A stretch of DNA of 32,000 nucleotides from Propionibacterium freudenreichii subsp. freudenreichii (GCF_000940845.1 NZ_CP010341.1:300001-332000); one strand, 5' to 3'. Counted from the first letter of the stretch, positions 18,756-27,513 are shown. Notes: a model not told the origin generated them from the letters alone. Numbers and translations are program-made.

Positions 18756-19990
18756 CGTCTGCTCCTTCGGAAATCCCGGCGTCGGCGGCCGGGTGTTCCT
18801 TGGAGAACTCCCGGTCGGCCCTGATCATCCGCTCCTCGAACAGTGCCACAGCCACCAGGCAGACCAGGCCGACGCCCGCCGAGACGAACAACACGGTGAA
18901 CGTGGAGCCCCAGCCGTGCAGGGAGTGGCCGAAGATCTCCAGGCCCTGCTTCTTGGGGTCGGCGATGCGTCCCAACAGCACCTTGGCGATCGAGTCGCCG
19001 AACACATAGCCGAAGGCGCGCGGCACGGCATTCACCACCACGGTGGCGGTCTTGGGGGCGAAGCCGATTACCGAGATGCCGATCAGCGTCACCGGCCCGA
19101 AGATCAGGAAGCCGATGAAGAACAGCGCCGCGTACACCACCGTGGGTGTGGTGGCGTGGGCATAGACGAAGATCGGTACCACCACGAGCGCCAGGCCGAT
19201 CGCCGCGGTCAGCGCGCGTCGTCCGCCCAGCCGGTCGGAGAAGAATCCCCAGCACAGTGAGCCCAGCAGCCCACCGATCTCCAGCGCAATGGTGGTGTTG
19301 ACGGCGGTGTAGTCGGAGAATCCCAGCTCGCTCTTGGTGTAGAGCACATTCCAGTTGTCGATGCCGATGCGCACCACATAGGCGGCGACGTTGGCGATGC
19401 ACAGGAACCAGATGGCCGGGTTCTTGACCACATAGTCCATGAGGATGCGTCCCTTGGACACCTGCTGGGTCACCACATCGGCCTTGGCCTGCGGCTCGCC
19501 GAAGATCACCTCGGGCTTGTCCCAACCCAGCTCGATTGGGTCGTCCTTGCCGAAGAACAGGCCCCAGATGCCGATCGGGATCGCCACCAGCGCCGGCACC
19601 ACGAAGAAGCCGACCACCGAGCCGTGGAAGAAGGTGTTGGCGCCCCACAGGGCCAGCGCGCCGGCGGCCATCGCCCCCAGGTTGTGCGATGCATTCCACC
19701 AGCCGATGAACCGGCCGCGGTACTTGCGGGGTGTCCAACGGTTCATCGTGGAGTTGCAGCACGGCCCGCCAGGCGATTGCAACAGGCCGGTGAGCGACCA
19801 CAGCAGGATCAGGTAGCCGTAGGGATTGTGGGTGACCGCCAGCGTGATGCCGATGGTGATGGCCACCACGCCCGAGGCGATGAGCAACGCCGAGATGATC
19901 TTCTTCGTGTTGTGCCCATCGGCGAAGAAACCCAGGATGAGTCCGCCGAAACCGTAGGTGAGTGAGAAGCCGAACCCGATCGTGCCCAAC
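18748..19990 (-). pseudogene. OPA-family MFS sugar-phosphate transporter, C-terminal fragment (gene split by IS30 insertion)
   Basis: Encodes ...LGTIGFGFSLTYGFGGLILGFFADGHNTKKI... through to the C-terminus. The listed ORF start (ATG at 20001) lies inside the IS terminal repeat. Joining it to 21097-21305 after removing the IS and one AAC restores a continuous reading frame. Confidence 0.85.
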
Positions 19991-21096
19991 GGTGGTGTCA
20001 TAGCGTCGAAGCAACACTCCCGGTCGGCGGGGGTCTGATCGGTGGAGTGTGCGGATGGCGCGGGTGGGGTTGTCGTTCAGTGACAGGTCGGAGATCTCGA
20101 CGGCCTCGAAAGCGGGCTGGTCGGTGCGGAGGATCGCCCGTCACCTGGGGCGTTGCCCGTCGGTGATCTTGCGGGAGCTTCACCGGAACTCGACGAAGAC
20201 CCGCGGCTACCAGGCCGTGACCGCAGACGTCAGAGCGCAGCGTCGGCGGGCTCGCCCGCAGCAGCGGAAGGTCGCGGGGGATCCGGTGCTGCAGGCGAGG
20301 GTGGAGGCGGATCTGGCCGCGTCGTGGACGCCGAACGAGATAGCGGGCCGGTTGCGTCTGGAGGCGACAGACCCGACCGTTGAACGCATGGCGAACTCTG
20401 CTGACGCACGCGGCCGAACCGTCTCCGGTGAGGCTATCTACCAGTACATCTACGCAATCCCGAAGGGTGAGCTCGCCCGCAAGGGCATCTTCCTGCAGTC
20501 CAAGCGGACCAAGCGCCGACCACGTACGACCGGGCGGACGCGCGGTGGCCCAATCGTAGGTATGGTCCCGATCGCGGAGCGAGGTGAGGACGCCGCCCAG
20601 CGTCGGGTGCCGGGGCACTGGGAGGGTGACCTGATCATCGGGAAGAACGGCACCTCGTGCGCGGCGACGCTGGTGGAGCGGATGAGCGGGTTCACCGGGC
20701 TGCTGGCCCTGTCCTCGAAACACGCCGAGCCAACCGCTGACGCGGTCATCGAGTTTTTCAACGACTTGCCCGAGATGATGAAGGCATCGTTGGCGTGGGA
20801 CCAGGGCAGCGAGATGGCCCAGCACGCGAAGGTCTCCCTGGCCACGGCGATGCCGGTCTACTTCGCCGATCCCCACTCGCCCTGGCAGAGGCCCAGCAAC
20901 GAGAACACGAACCGGCTCTACCGGGAGTATCTGCCCAAGGGCACGGTGATCCCCGATCACCAGCCCTACCTCACCACCATCGCCGAGGAGATCAACAATC
21001 GACCCCGCCGCCGACTGGGCTATCTCACGCCCACCGAGGCATTCGCTCGACTGCTCGCCGGCGAGCCCCATGTTGCTTCGACGCCTTGACATCGCC
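19991..21096 (+). mobile_element. IS30-family insertion sequence, copy 1 (1106 bp)
   Basis: Imperfect 26-bp terminal IRs, matching at 22 of 26 positions: GGTGGTGTCATAGCGTCGAAGCAACA and GGCGATGTCAAGGCGTCGAAGCAACA. It is flanked by a 3-bp direct repeat AAC (19988-19990 and 21097-21099). Boundaries were defined by comparison with copy 2. Confidence 0.9.
20049..21089 (+). CDS. IS30-family DDE transposase
   Basis: 346 aa. N-terminal HTH (LSFSDRSEISTASKAGWSVRRIARHLGRCPSVILRELHRN), the IS30 hallmark HWEGDLIIG, and DQGSEM...NENTNRLYREYLPKG. The ATG at 20055 is an alternative start. Confidence 0.9.
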   Translation: MRMARVGLSFSDRSEISTASKAGWSVRRIARHLGRCPSVILRELHRNSTKTRGYQAVTADVRAQRRRARPQQRKVAGDPVLQARVEADLAASWTPNEIAGRLRLEATDPTVERMANSADARGRTVSGEAIYQYIYAIPKGELARKGIFLQSKRTKRRPRTTGRTRGGPIVGMVPIAERGEDAAQRRVPGHWEGDLIIGKNGTSCAATLVERMSGFTGLLALSSKHAEPTADAVIEFFNDLPEMMKASLAWDQGSEMAQHAKVSLATAMPVYFADPHSPWQRPSNENTNRLYREYLPKGTVIPDHQPYLTTIAEEINNRPRRRLGYLTPTEAFARLLAGEPHVASTP

Positions 21097-21305
21097 AACT
21101 GGGTGGTGGTGAGGCCCAATTGGTCGCGCAGGAATGGCTGGGCCGACTTGAAGTTGGTGCGCAACAGGTAGAAGCCGCCATAGCCGATGATGAGCACGGC
21201 ATAGGTCTTCATGAATTCACGCAGCCACCGCTTGCGCTGGGTGGTGATCGGAATGTCCGACTTGGGTGCGGGCACGATATTGAATGCCGTCTTCAGACTT
21301 CCCAC
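21097..21305 (-). pseudogene. OPA-family MFS sugar-phosphate transporter, N-terminal fragment
   Basis: GTG at 21305 is preceded by AAGGAGG. It encodes GSLKTAFNIVPAPKSDIPITTQRKRWLREFMKTYAVLIIGYGGFYLLRTNFKSAQPFLRDQLGLTTTQL, which matches the GlpT/UhpC N-terminal pattern. Confidence 0.8.
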
Positions 21306-21683
21306 GGGGGTCCTCCTTGGGTGAGGGTTGCCGCGTCCCGGCAAGGGGCGTGGACGCTCTTCGGAGCGCACCAGGTGTGTGCGCACCGACGGATCAGGTT
21401 CCGGGGGGATTCCGCAGGATCGGGCCTCGTCGCTCGAAGTGCGGGACGCAGACGACTTTACGGGAAGGCGTCGGGTGCATATGCAGGGGGCGGCGAAAGT
21501 GCACCGATGACTTTATCGTGCAATATCCCGGGCTGTCAAATGGGCAACTATCCAAAATGTCCGCACAAATAAGGGGGATATCGGCTTATAGGGGGCGTGT
21601 GCGAGTGGCGCGTGGCATCCGGCATTCGGGGGCGCGGCAGGAGTGGCGGTCGGGATCGGGACGCGTCGCGGGCCGCACGTGCA

Positions 21684-22838
21684 TCAATTCCCGCGGGGGT
21701 GCACCGCTTCGACCACCATGGCGCTGCCCTGGCCGCCGCCGATCGAGATCGCGGCCAGCCCATAGCGTCCCGCGCCCTCGCGCACGAGCCGGCTGAACAG
21801 TCTCACCAGCAGGATCGCGCCGGACGCACCCCACGGATGGCCCAGGGCGATGGCCCCGCCCCGGGGGCACAGGCGGTGCTCGTCGAGATCGAGTGCGTCG
21901 GCGCAGGCCAACACCTGGGCGGCGAAGGCCTCGTTGAATTCCAGGGCGTCGATCTGGTCGAGGCGCAGTCCGGCGTCGTCGAGGGCGGCGCGCACGGCCG
22001 GCACGAGGCCCAGGCCGAACCGGTCGGGGTCGTAGCCGACGGTGCGGGCGGCCAGCACGCGCAGCCCGGGGATCGCCAGGTGGGCGTGGGTGGCGGCGTC
22101 CACCATGGTCACGGCGGCTGCCGCGTCGTTGATGCCGCAGGAATTGGCGGCCGTGACGGTGCCGCCCGGGCGGAAGGCGGCGGGGAAGCGGGCCAGTCGC
22201 GCCATCGTGAAGCCGCTCCGGGGACGCTGATCGCGGCCCACCCGGGCAATCGGCACGATCTCGGCGTCGAAGGCGCCGGCGTTGCGGGCGGTGGCGGCGC
22301 GGGTGTGCGAGCGCAGGGCATAGCGGTCCTGGCGCTCGCGACTGATGTGCAGCTCGGCAGCGAGCTGATCGGCCATCACGCCCATGTCGGGGTCGAGCCA
22401 GGGTGGCGGCGCGAAGGGCGCCCGGTCGAAGGTGCTGGGTGGTTCGCCGTCGCGGCCCGGCCACAGGGTGATCGGCTGGGTGCTGGCGGCCTGTACCCCT
22501 CCGGCCGCCACGACGCCCGGCTGGCTGCGGCAGCGGTGCCATGCATATTCGATGGCAGCCATTCCCGATCCGCATTGGCGGTCGAGTGTCAGGGCGGGTA
22601 CGGCCGGGTCGATACCCGCGGCCAATGCCGCCACGCGCGCCGGATCGCCACCGGGTCCGCGCACATTGCCGAGGACCACCTCGCCGAATCCGGTGCCGGT
22701 GGGCAGCCGGGCGTCCAGCTCGCCGAGCACGGGGGCGGCTAGGTCGGTGGTGGTCTGGTCGGCGAAGACGCCTCCGGTGGTGCCGATCGGGGTGCGCAGG
22801 GCCTCGATGATCACCGGGTTGTCGGCGAGGGTGTTCAC
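21684..22838 (-). CDS. Thiolase-family protein (acetyl-CoA C-acyltransferase-like) with an atypical C-terminal active-site motif
   Basis: Nucleophile motif DRQCGSG, NEAFAAQ, and the His motif GGAIALGHPWGASG are present. The C-terminal motif reads AISIGGGQG, with Ser where the CxGGGxG Cys is expected. The GTG start overlaps the ligase stop (GTGA). Confidence 0.85.
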   Translation of the reverse strand: MNTLADNPVIIEALRTPIGTTGGVFADQTTTDLAAPVLGELDARLPTGTGFGEVVLGNVRGPGGDPARVAALAAGIDPAVPALTLDRQCGSGMAAIEYAWHRCRSQPGVVAAGGVQAASTQPITLWPGRDGEPPSTFDRAPFAPPPWLDPDMGVMADQLAAELHISRERQDRYALRSHTRAATARNAGAFDAEIVPIARVGRDQRPRSGFTMARLARFPAAFRPGGTVTAANSCGINDAAAAVTMVDAATHAHLAIPGLRVLAARTVGYDPDRFGLGLVPAVRAALDDAGLRLDQIDALEFNEAFAAQVLACADALDLDEHRLCPRGGAIALGHPWGASGAILLVRLFSRLVREGAGRYGLAAISIGGGQGSAMVVEAVHPRGN

Positions 22839-23917
22839 GGTGAGTCCGGCCTATCGGTGGGGCCTCCCAGTTCCAGGGCCAGGGCGCGCAGGTCAACCTT
22901 TCCGCTGAGGGTCAGCGGAGGATGGGCCACCCACTGCCAGCGTCGTGGTCGGTCGGCGCCGGTGAGGTGTTCGCGCGCCCAGGCTCGCACCGGACCCAGG
23001 TCGTCGCGCCGGGTCACCACGGCGGTCAGCACCTGGCCGAGCGCGGCATGCGGTAGCCCGAGCAGGAACAGCTCACCCTGCGCCCGATGACGCAGCCGCT
23101 CGAGCAGCGGGGCGAGGAGCACGGTCTGCCCTGCTGTGGTCACGGCGCCATCACGTCCTTCGACGATCAGCCGGCGCCCATCAAGGGCTCCGCGGTCTCC
23201 CACTGTCACGAAGCCGTCGTCACCGCGCCGCAGCGGTGCGGGAGTCTCGAGCCGCAGGGGCACGGGATTTCCGGACGACGGGGGTTCATCGGCGCTGGCC
23301 TGCAGGTATCCCTGCGCGAGCCACGGTGAGCGCACCCAGATGGTGCCGTCGGTGATGCGGGCCTCCACGCGGTCGAAGAGCTCCAGGTCGTCGCGGCAGC
23401 TGCCCATCGCGATCATCGACATCTCGGCGGCGCCGTAGTAGTGCACCACGTTGATGCCGCGCGTCGTGGCCCGGTCGCGAAGCCCGCGCGACAGGCTATC
23501 GCCGGCCACGATCACCTCGCGCAGACGCTGCGAACGGGGCAGTCCGGCGTCCAGCAGGGAGCTCAACCGGGCGGGTGTGAGCTGCCAGATGGTGGCGCAT
23601 TCGGGCTTGTCGGACGACCATTCCACGCCGTTGTGAACAGCCAGGCAGGCGGCGAACAGGTTCATCGTGGAGCCCATCGGGCCGGGGATCCAGATGCGGT
23701 CGTGAGGCGTCAGTGCGCAGCGCCGGGCCACCGCATCGAGGCTGTCGACCCAGGAATCGGTGGTGCGCACGATCACGCGTCCGGCGCCTGTGGTCGTGCC
23801 CGAGGTGCGCAGGCCGATCAACTGGCCGCGGCGATGCGCCTGCCAGAACTGGTCGGCGGCCCCGGGGCCCGGGCCGAGCACGCACGCCTGCCGGGCGATG
23901 TTGGCGCTGGTGCCCAT
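22835..23917 (-). CDS. Short ANL-superfamily adenylate-forming enzyme (acyl-CoA ligase, MenE-like size)
   Basis: Motifs RTSGTTTGAGR (P-loop-like), YYGAAE, GDRG...GR and the C-terminal SGKVD. The ATG at 23917 is preceded by GGGAGGAAG. The listed ORF extends to 24100 and would overlap csbD. Confidence 0.75.
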   Translation of the reverse strand: MGTSANIARQACVLGPGPGAADQFWQAHRRGQLIGLRTSGTTTGAGRVIVRTTDSWVDSLDAVARRCALTPHDRIWIPGPMGSTMNLFAACLAVHNGVEWSSDKPECATIWQLTPARLSSLLDAGLPRSQRLREVIVAGDSLSRGLRDRATTRGINVVHYYGAAEMSMIAMGSCRDDLELFDRVEARITDGTIWVRSPWLAQGYLQASADEPPSSGNPVPLRLETPAPLRRGDDGFVTVGDRGALDGRRLIVEGRDGAVTTAGQTVLLAPLLERLRHRAQGELFLLGLPHAALGQVLTAVVTRRDDLGPVRAWAREHLTGADRPRRWQWVAHPPLTLSGKVDLRALALELGGPTDRPDSP

Positions 23918-24087
23918 GGGCTTCCTCCCGGCGGTTGCTGAACGTTGTTCATTGAACACCGTACAGCCAGCCCGGGGTCGGTTCGAGTGGTCTGCGCAGG
24001 CGGGGAATCGGCGTTTTCCGGGGGGCGCCGTCGCCCGAGCACAGGGCGGATGTTTGGATTGAAATCCCAACAACGGAAGGAACTGCC

Positions 24088-24306
24088 ATGAACGATGCAC
24101 AGTCCGCTTTCGACAAGGCTGCGGGTAAGGCCAAGGAGGTCATCGGCAAGGTGACCGGCAACGACGAGATGGCCGCCGAAGGCACCACGCAGAACGCGAT
24201 GGGCAAGGTCGAGGGTGCCTTCAACGAAGCCAAGGACAAGGTGACCGACACCGTCAATGGCGTCAAAGAAGGCCTGAAGGGTGTCTTGAACAAAGACGAG
24301 AGCTAG
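24088..24306 (+). CDS. csbD: CsbD-family general stress protein
   Basis: 72 aa. Contains KAAGKAKEVIGKVTGNDEMAAEGTTQNAMGKVEGAFNEAKDKV, a typical CsbD repeat pattern. Confidence 0.85.
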   Translation: MNDAQSAFDKAAGKAKEVIGKVTGNDEMAAEGTTQNAMGKVEGAFNEAKDKVTDTVNGVKEGLKGVLNKDES

Positions 24307-24317
24307 CCCTTCACCCC

Positions 24318-24360
24318 AAGACTCCCCGCCCGGTTCGGTCCTGGGCGGGGAGTCTTTTGC
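24318..24360 (+). terminator. Intrinsic terminator after csbD
   Basis: 14-bp stem AAGACTCCCCGCCC / GGGCGGGGAGTCTT with an 11-nt loop, followed by TTTG. Confidence 0.75.
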
Positions 24361-25385
24361 ATGCCCGGTGGTGGCGGCCCCGGACCCTCAGGCGCTGTGC
24401 CCGGTTCGGCCTCGGGCACTGCGCCCGGTGCGGCTCGGGTGCGATGGCTCCCGATCGTGGTGTTCTACGTGCTCGCCTGTGCGCTGGCGTGGTTGGTGAT
24501 CTCACCGCTGTGGATCAGTGGAAAGGGCTCCAGAATCCGCTCATGGGCGTGCTCTCCCCGCTCATGATGTACACCCCTGCCGTGGCGGCATTGTTCGTGG
24601 TGATGGTGGTGCAACGGGTGCGGGGGCGCGCGGTGCTGGCGTCGCTGGGCATGTGGCCGATTCGGCCCCTCAAGCGGACGCTGCTGTTGGCGCTGGCCGC
24701 CCTGGTGGGCACCGCCCTGCTGCCGATCGTGGTGACATTCATCGCCGCCGGGCTGGGGCTCGTGCGCCTCGACCTGGTGAACTTCTCGGGCTTCGCGCAG
24801 GTGTTGCAGTCGCAGATGCCGGCCGGACAGACCTATCCGTTGTCGGTGCGCACCACGGTGATCGTGCAATTGGTGATGCTGTTGCCGGCCTCCGCCACCA
24901 ATGCGATGTTCACCGTGGGCGAGGAGATCGGTTGGCGTGGCTTCCTCATGTCATCGCTGCGTCCGCTGGGCACGTGGCCTGCGCTGGTGATCAGCGGGGC
25001 GATGTGGGGACTGTGGCATGCGCCGCTCATCCTGCTGGGCTACGACTTCGGCCGACGCGATGCGCTGGGCGTGCTGCTCATGATCGTGTCGTGCGTGATC
25101 CTTGGCACGTTGTTCGGGTGGTTGCGCATCCGCAGCGGCAACATCTGGCCGTCGGTGTTCGGTCATGCCGCACTGAATGGCACGGCGGGTTTCCTGGGAC
25201 TGGTGGTGGCGGCGGGCGAGTCGCCGAGCGTGCTGGCCACCAGCCCCCTGGGCTGGATCGGGTGGACGCTCGTGGCGCTGGTCGTGGTGGTGCTGGCGCT
25301 CGCCGGCCAGTTCCGCGGCAAGGACCAGTGGGCCGTCAACGTGGCGAAGGCTCCGGCGGTGGGTCCGAGTCCGTTCCAGCCCTGA
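24361..25385 (+). pseudogene. CPBP-family intramembrane glutamic endopeptidase (CAAX/Abi type) with an apparent -1 frameshift near 24521-24526
   Basis: Catalytic motifs EEIGWRGFL, WGLWHAP and FGHAALN lie in the frame of ORF 24357-25385. The hydrophobic N-terminus (RWLPIVVFYVLACALAWLVISPLWISGKG) and the GC3 signal lie in the frame of ORF 24361-24567. The two frames join at GGAAAGGGC. Confidence 0.7.
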
Positions 25386-25536
25386 GCTGTGCGGGGGATT
25401 GGCCGCTATCGGACCGGAGTGTGACGGAATAAAAGCGGCGGTTCGAGCGTTGTACAGTGTGAGGGACAACATCTTATAGGGGTGTGCGTCGCGCGATCAG
25501 TTTGGTGGATCGTGGCGCAACCCATGAGCCAGAGGA

Positions 25537-26070
25537 GTGAATATGACGAATACCATTTCTGCGATTCATCAGGCAGAAGTCTCCACCACCAACCTTCAGA
25601 ACGCCGAGAGCGGCTTTGTCGCCTCCGATATCCTTCGTGATTCGCTGCAGTCAGTGCTTGTTGACTTGATTGCGCTGAGTTTCTCGGGCAAGCAGGTGCA
25701 CTGGAACATCGTGGGGCCGAACTTCCGCGACCTGCACCGCAACTTTGACGACGTCGTCGAGATCGCCCGCGAGGGTTCCGACACGATCGCCGAGCGCATG
25801 CGTGCGCTGCACGTGGCACCGGACGGCCGCACCGACGTCGTCTCCGCCACCACCACCCTTCCCGAGCTGCCCGCCGGTGAGATCCTCTCCAGCGACGCAG
25901 TCGACCTGGTCGTGAAGTCGATCGAGGCCACCACGCGCACCATCCGTGAGGTGCACGACGCGGTGGATTCCGCCGATCCGTCGACCGCCGACCTGCTCCA
26001 TGAGCTGATCAACAAGCTCGAGCAGCAGGCATGGTTCATCGCCGCCGAGAAGCGCCAGCCCCAGGACTGA
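25537..26070 (+). CDS. dps: Dps (DNA starvation/stationary-phase protection, ferritin-like) protein
   Basis: 177 aa. Contains GKQVHWNIVGPNFRDLHRNFDDVVEIAREGSDTIAERMRAL, the Dps ferroxidase-centre pattern. GAGGAG RBS is present. Confidence 0.9.
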   Translation: MNMTNTISAIHQAEVSTTNLQNAESGFVASDILRDSLQSVLVDLIALSFSGKQVHWNIVGPNFRDLHRNFDDVVEIAREGSDTIAERMRALHVAPDGRTDVVSATTTLPELPAGEILSSDAVDLVVKSIEATTRTIREVHDAVDSADPSTADLLHELINKLEQQAWFIAAEKRQPQD

Positions 26071-26120
26071 CCACTGACGGTGGTGTTCGCGCACCCCCTG
26101 GGGTGAGCGACTGAAAGACC

Positions 26121-26162
26121 AACCCCGGGCGCGGGGTCCGAGGCCTGCGCCCGGGGTTTTTC
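26121..26162 (+). terminator. Intrinsic terminator after dps
   Basis: Stem AACCCCGGGCGC / GCGCCCGGGGTT with a 14-nt loop, followed by a T5 run. Confidence 0.8.
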
Positions 26163-26224
26163 ATGCCCGCGAGCGGGTTGACGGGCCTGGTTCGCGTCAA
26201 TTTGGTTCGTCGCCTGCGGCCGCT

Positions 26225-26407
26225 GGGGGCCTCGAGGTCCGTGATCAGAAGACTCGAGGTCCGGAATCAGAAGATAGGTGCGGATAAAGCACCGAAGACG
26301 GTGCTTTATCCGCACCTATCTTTCGTTTTCGCTGGGGTCGGTGGCTGGGCAGTTGTGCGGTGTCCTTGCCGCACAAGCGTCCACTTCATGCCCGGATCGA
26401 GGCCGTC
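26225..26407 (+). repeat. Structured intergenic repeat, copy B, left part (interrupted by IS30 copy 2)
   Basis: Aligns with 31686-31853. Contains a 22-bp internal tandem duplication (CTCGAGGTCCGTGATCAGAAGA / CTCGAGGTCCGGAATCAGAAGA). Also contains the perfect 23-bp-stem hairpin H1 (26272-26321, loop AAGA, followed by TTCGTTTTC) and hairpin H2 (26347-26386). Confidence 0.85.
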
Positions 26408-27513
26408 GGCGATGTCAAGGCGTCGAAGCAACATGGGGCTCGCCGGCGAGCAGTCGAGCGAATGCCTCGGTGGGCGTGAGATAGCCCAGTCGGCGGCGGG
26501 GTCGATTGTTGATCTCCTCGGCGATGGTGGTGAGGTAGGGCTGGTGATCGGGGATCACCGTGCCCTTGGGCAGATACTCCCGGTAGAGCCGGTTCGTGTT
26601 CTCGTTGCTGGGCCTCTGCCAGGGCGAGTGGGGATCGGCGAAGTAGACCGGCATCGCCGTGGCCAGGGAGACCTTCGCGTGCTGGGCCATCTCGCTGCCC
26701 TGGTCCCACGCCAACGATGCCTTCATCATCTCGGGCAAGTCGTTGAAAAACTCGATGACCGCGTCAGCGGTTGGCTCGGCGTGTTTCGAGGACAGGGCCA
26801 GCAGCCCGGTGAACCCGCTCATCCGCTCCACCAGCGTCGCCGCGCACGAGGTGCCGTTCTTCCCGATGATCAGGTCACCCTCCCAGTGCCCCGGCACCCG
26901 ACGCTGGGCGGCGTCCTCACCTCGCTCCGCGATCGGGACCATACCTACGATTGGGCCACCGCGCGTCCGCCCGGTCGTACGTGGTCGGCGCTTGGTCCGC
27001 TTGGACTGCAGGAAGATGCCCTTGCGGGCGAGCTCACCCTTCGGGATTGCGTAGATGTACTGGTAGATAGCCTCACCGGAGACGGTTCGGCCGCGTGCGT
27101 CAGCAGAGTTCGCCATGCGTTCAACGGTCGGGTCTGTCGCCTCCAGACGCAACCGGCCCGCTATCTCGTTCGGCGTCCACGACGCGGCCAGATCCGCCTC
27201 CACCCTCGCCTGCAGCACCGGATCCCCCGCGACCTTCCGCTGCTGCGGGCGAGCCCGCCGACGCTGCGCTCTGACGTCTGCGGTCACGGCCTGGTAGCCG
27301 CGGGTCTTCGTCGAGTTCCGGTGAAGCTCCCGCAAGATCACCGACGGGCAACGCCCCAGGTGACGGGCGATCCTCCGCACCGACCAGCCCGCTTTCGAGG
27401 CCGTCGAGATCTCCGACCTGTCACTGAACGACAACCCCACCCGCGCCATCCGCACACTCCACCGATCAGACCCCCGCCGACCGGGAGTGTTGCTTCGACG
27501 CTATGACACCACC
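26408..27513 (-). mobile_element. IS30-family insertion sequence, copy 2 (1106 bp, inverted relative to copy 1)
   Basis: Same length and IRs as copy 1. All six-frame ORF translations that lie wholly inside the element are identical between the two copies. It is flanked by a 3-bp direct repeat GTC (26405-26407 and 27514-27516). Confidence 0.9.
26415..27455 (-). CDS. IS30-family DDE transposase (identical to 20049-21089)
   Basis: The 346-aa translation is identical to the copy 1 transposase. Confidence 0.9.
   Translation of the reverse strand: MRMARVGLSFSDRSEISTASKAGWSVRRIARHLGRCPSVILRELHRNSTKTRGYQAVTADVRAQRRRARPQQRKVAGDPVLQARVEADLAASWTPNEIAGRLRLEATDPTVERMANSADARGRTVSGEAIYQYIYAIPKGELARKGIFLQSKRTKRRPRTTGRTRGGPIVGMVPIAERGEDAAQRRVPGHWEGDLIIGKNGTSCAATLVERMSGFTGLLALSSKHAEPTADAVIEFFNDLPEMMKASLAWDQGSEMAQHAKVSLATAMPVYFADPHSPWQRPSNENTNRLYREYLPKGTVIPDHQPYLTTIAEEINNRPRRRLGYLTPTEAFARLLAGEPHVASTP

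Noticed and set aside
19998-21386. 462-aa ORF (and its twin at 26163-27506) running antisense through the IS30 transposase
   Set aside because: It is a chimera of the transporter N-terminal fragment (or flanking DNA) and antisense IS sequence. It is identical in both IS copies only because the IS is identical. There is no protein-like composition within the IS part.
26278-26484. Small ORFs beginning MRIKHR... or MDKAPKTVLYPHL (14160-14387, 25596-26315 start, 26278-26484, 31560-31751) that recur at each repeat copy
   Set aside because: They arise because the palindromic hairpin H1 (GGTGCGGATAAAGCACCG) reads as GTG CGG ATA AAG CAC CG.. on both strands. Similarity stops outside the hairpin, so they are not a conserved peptide.
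19991-27513. Composite transposon formed by the two IS30 copies
   Set aside because: Each IS has its own matching TSD (AAC/AAC and GTC/GTC). The outer flanks (AAC versus GTC) do not match. The segment was therefore not inserted as one unit.
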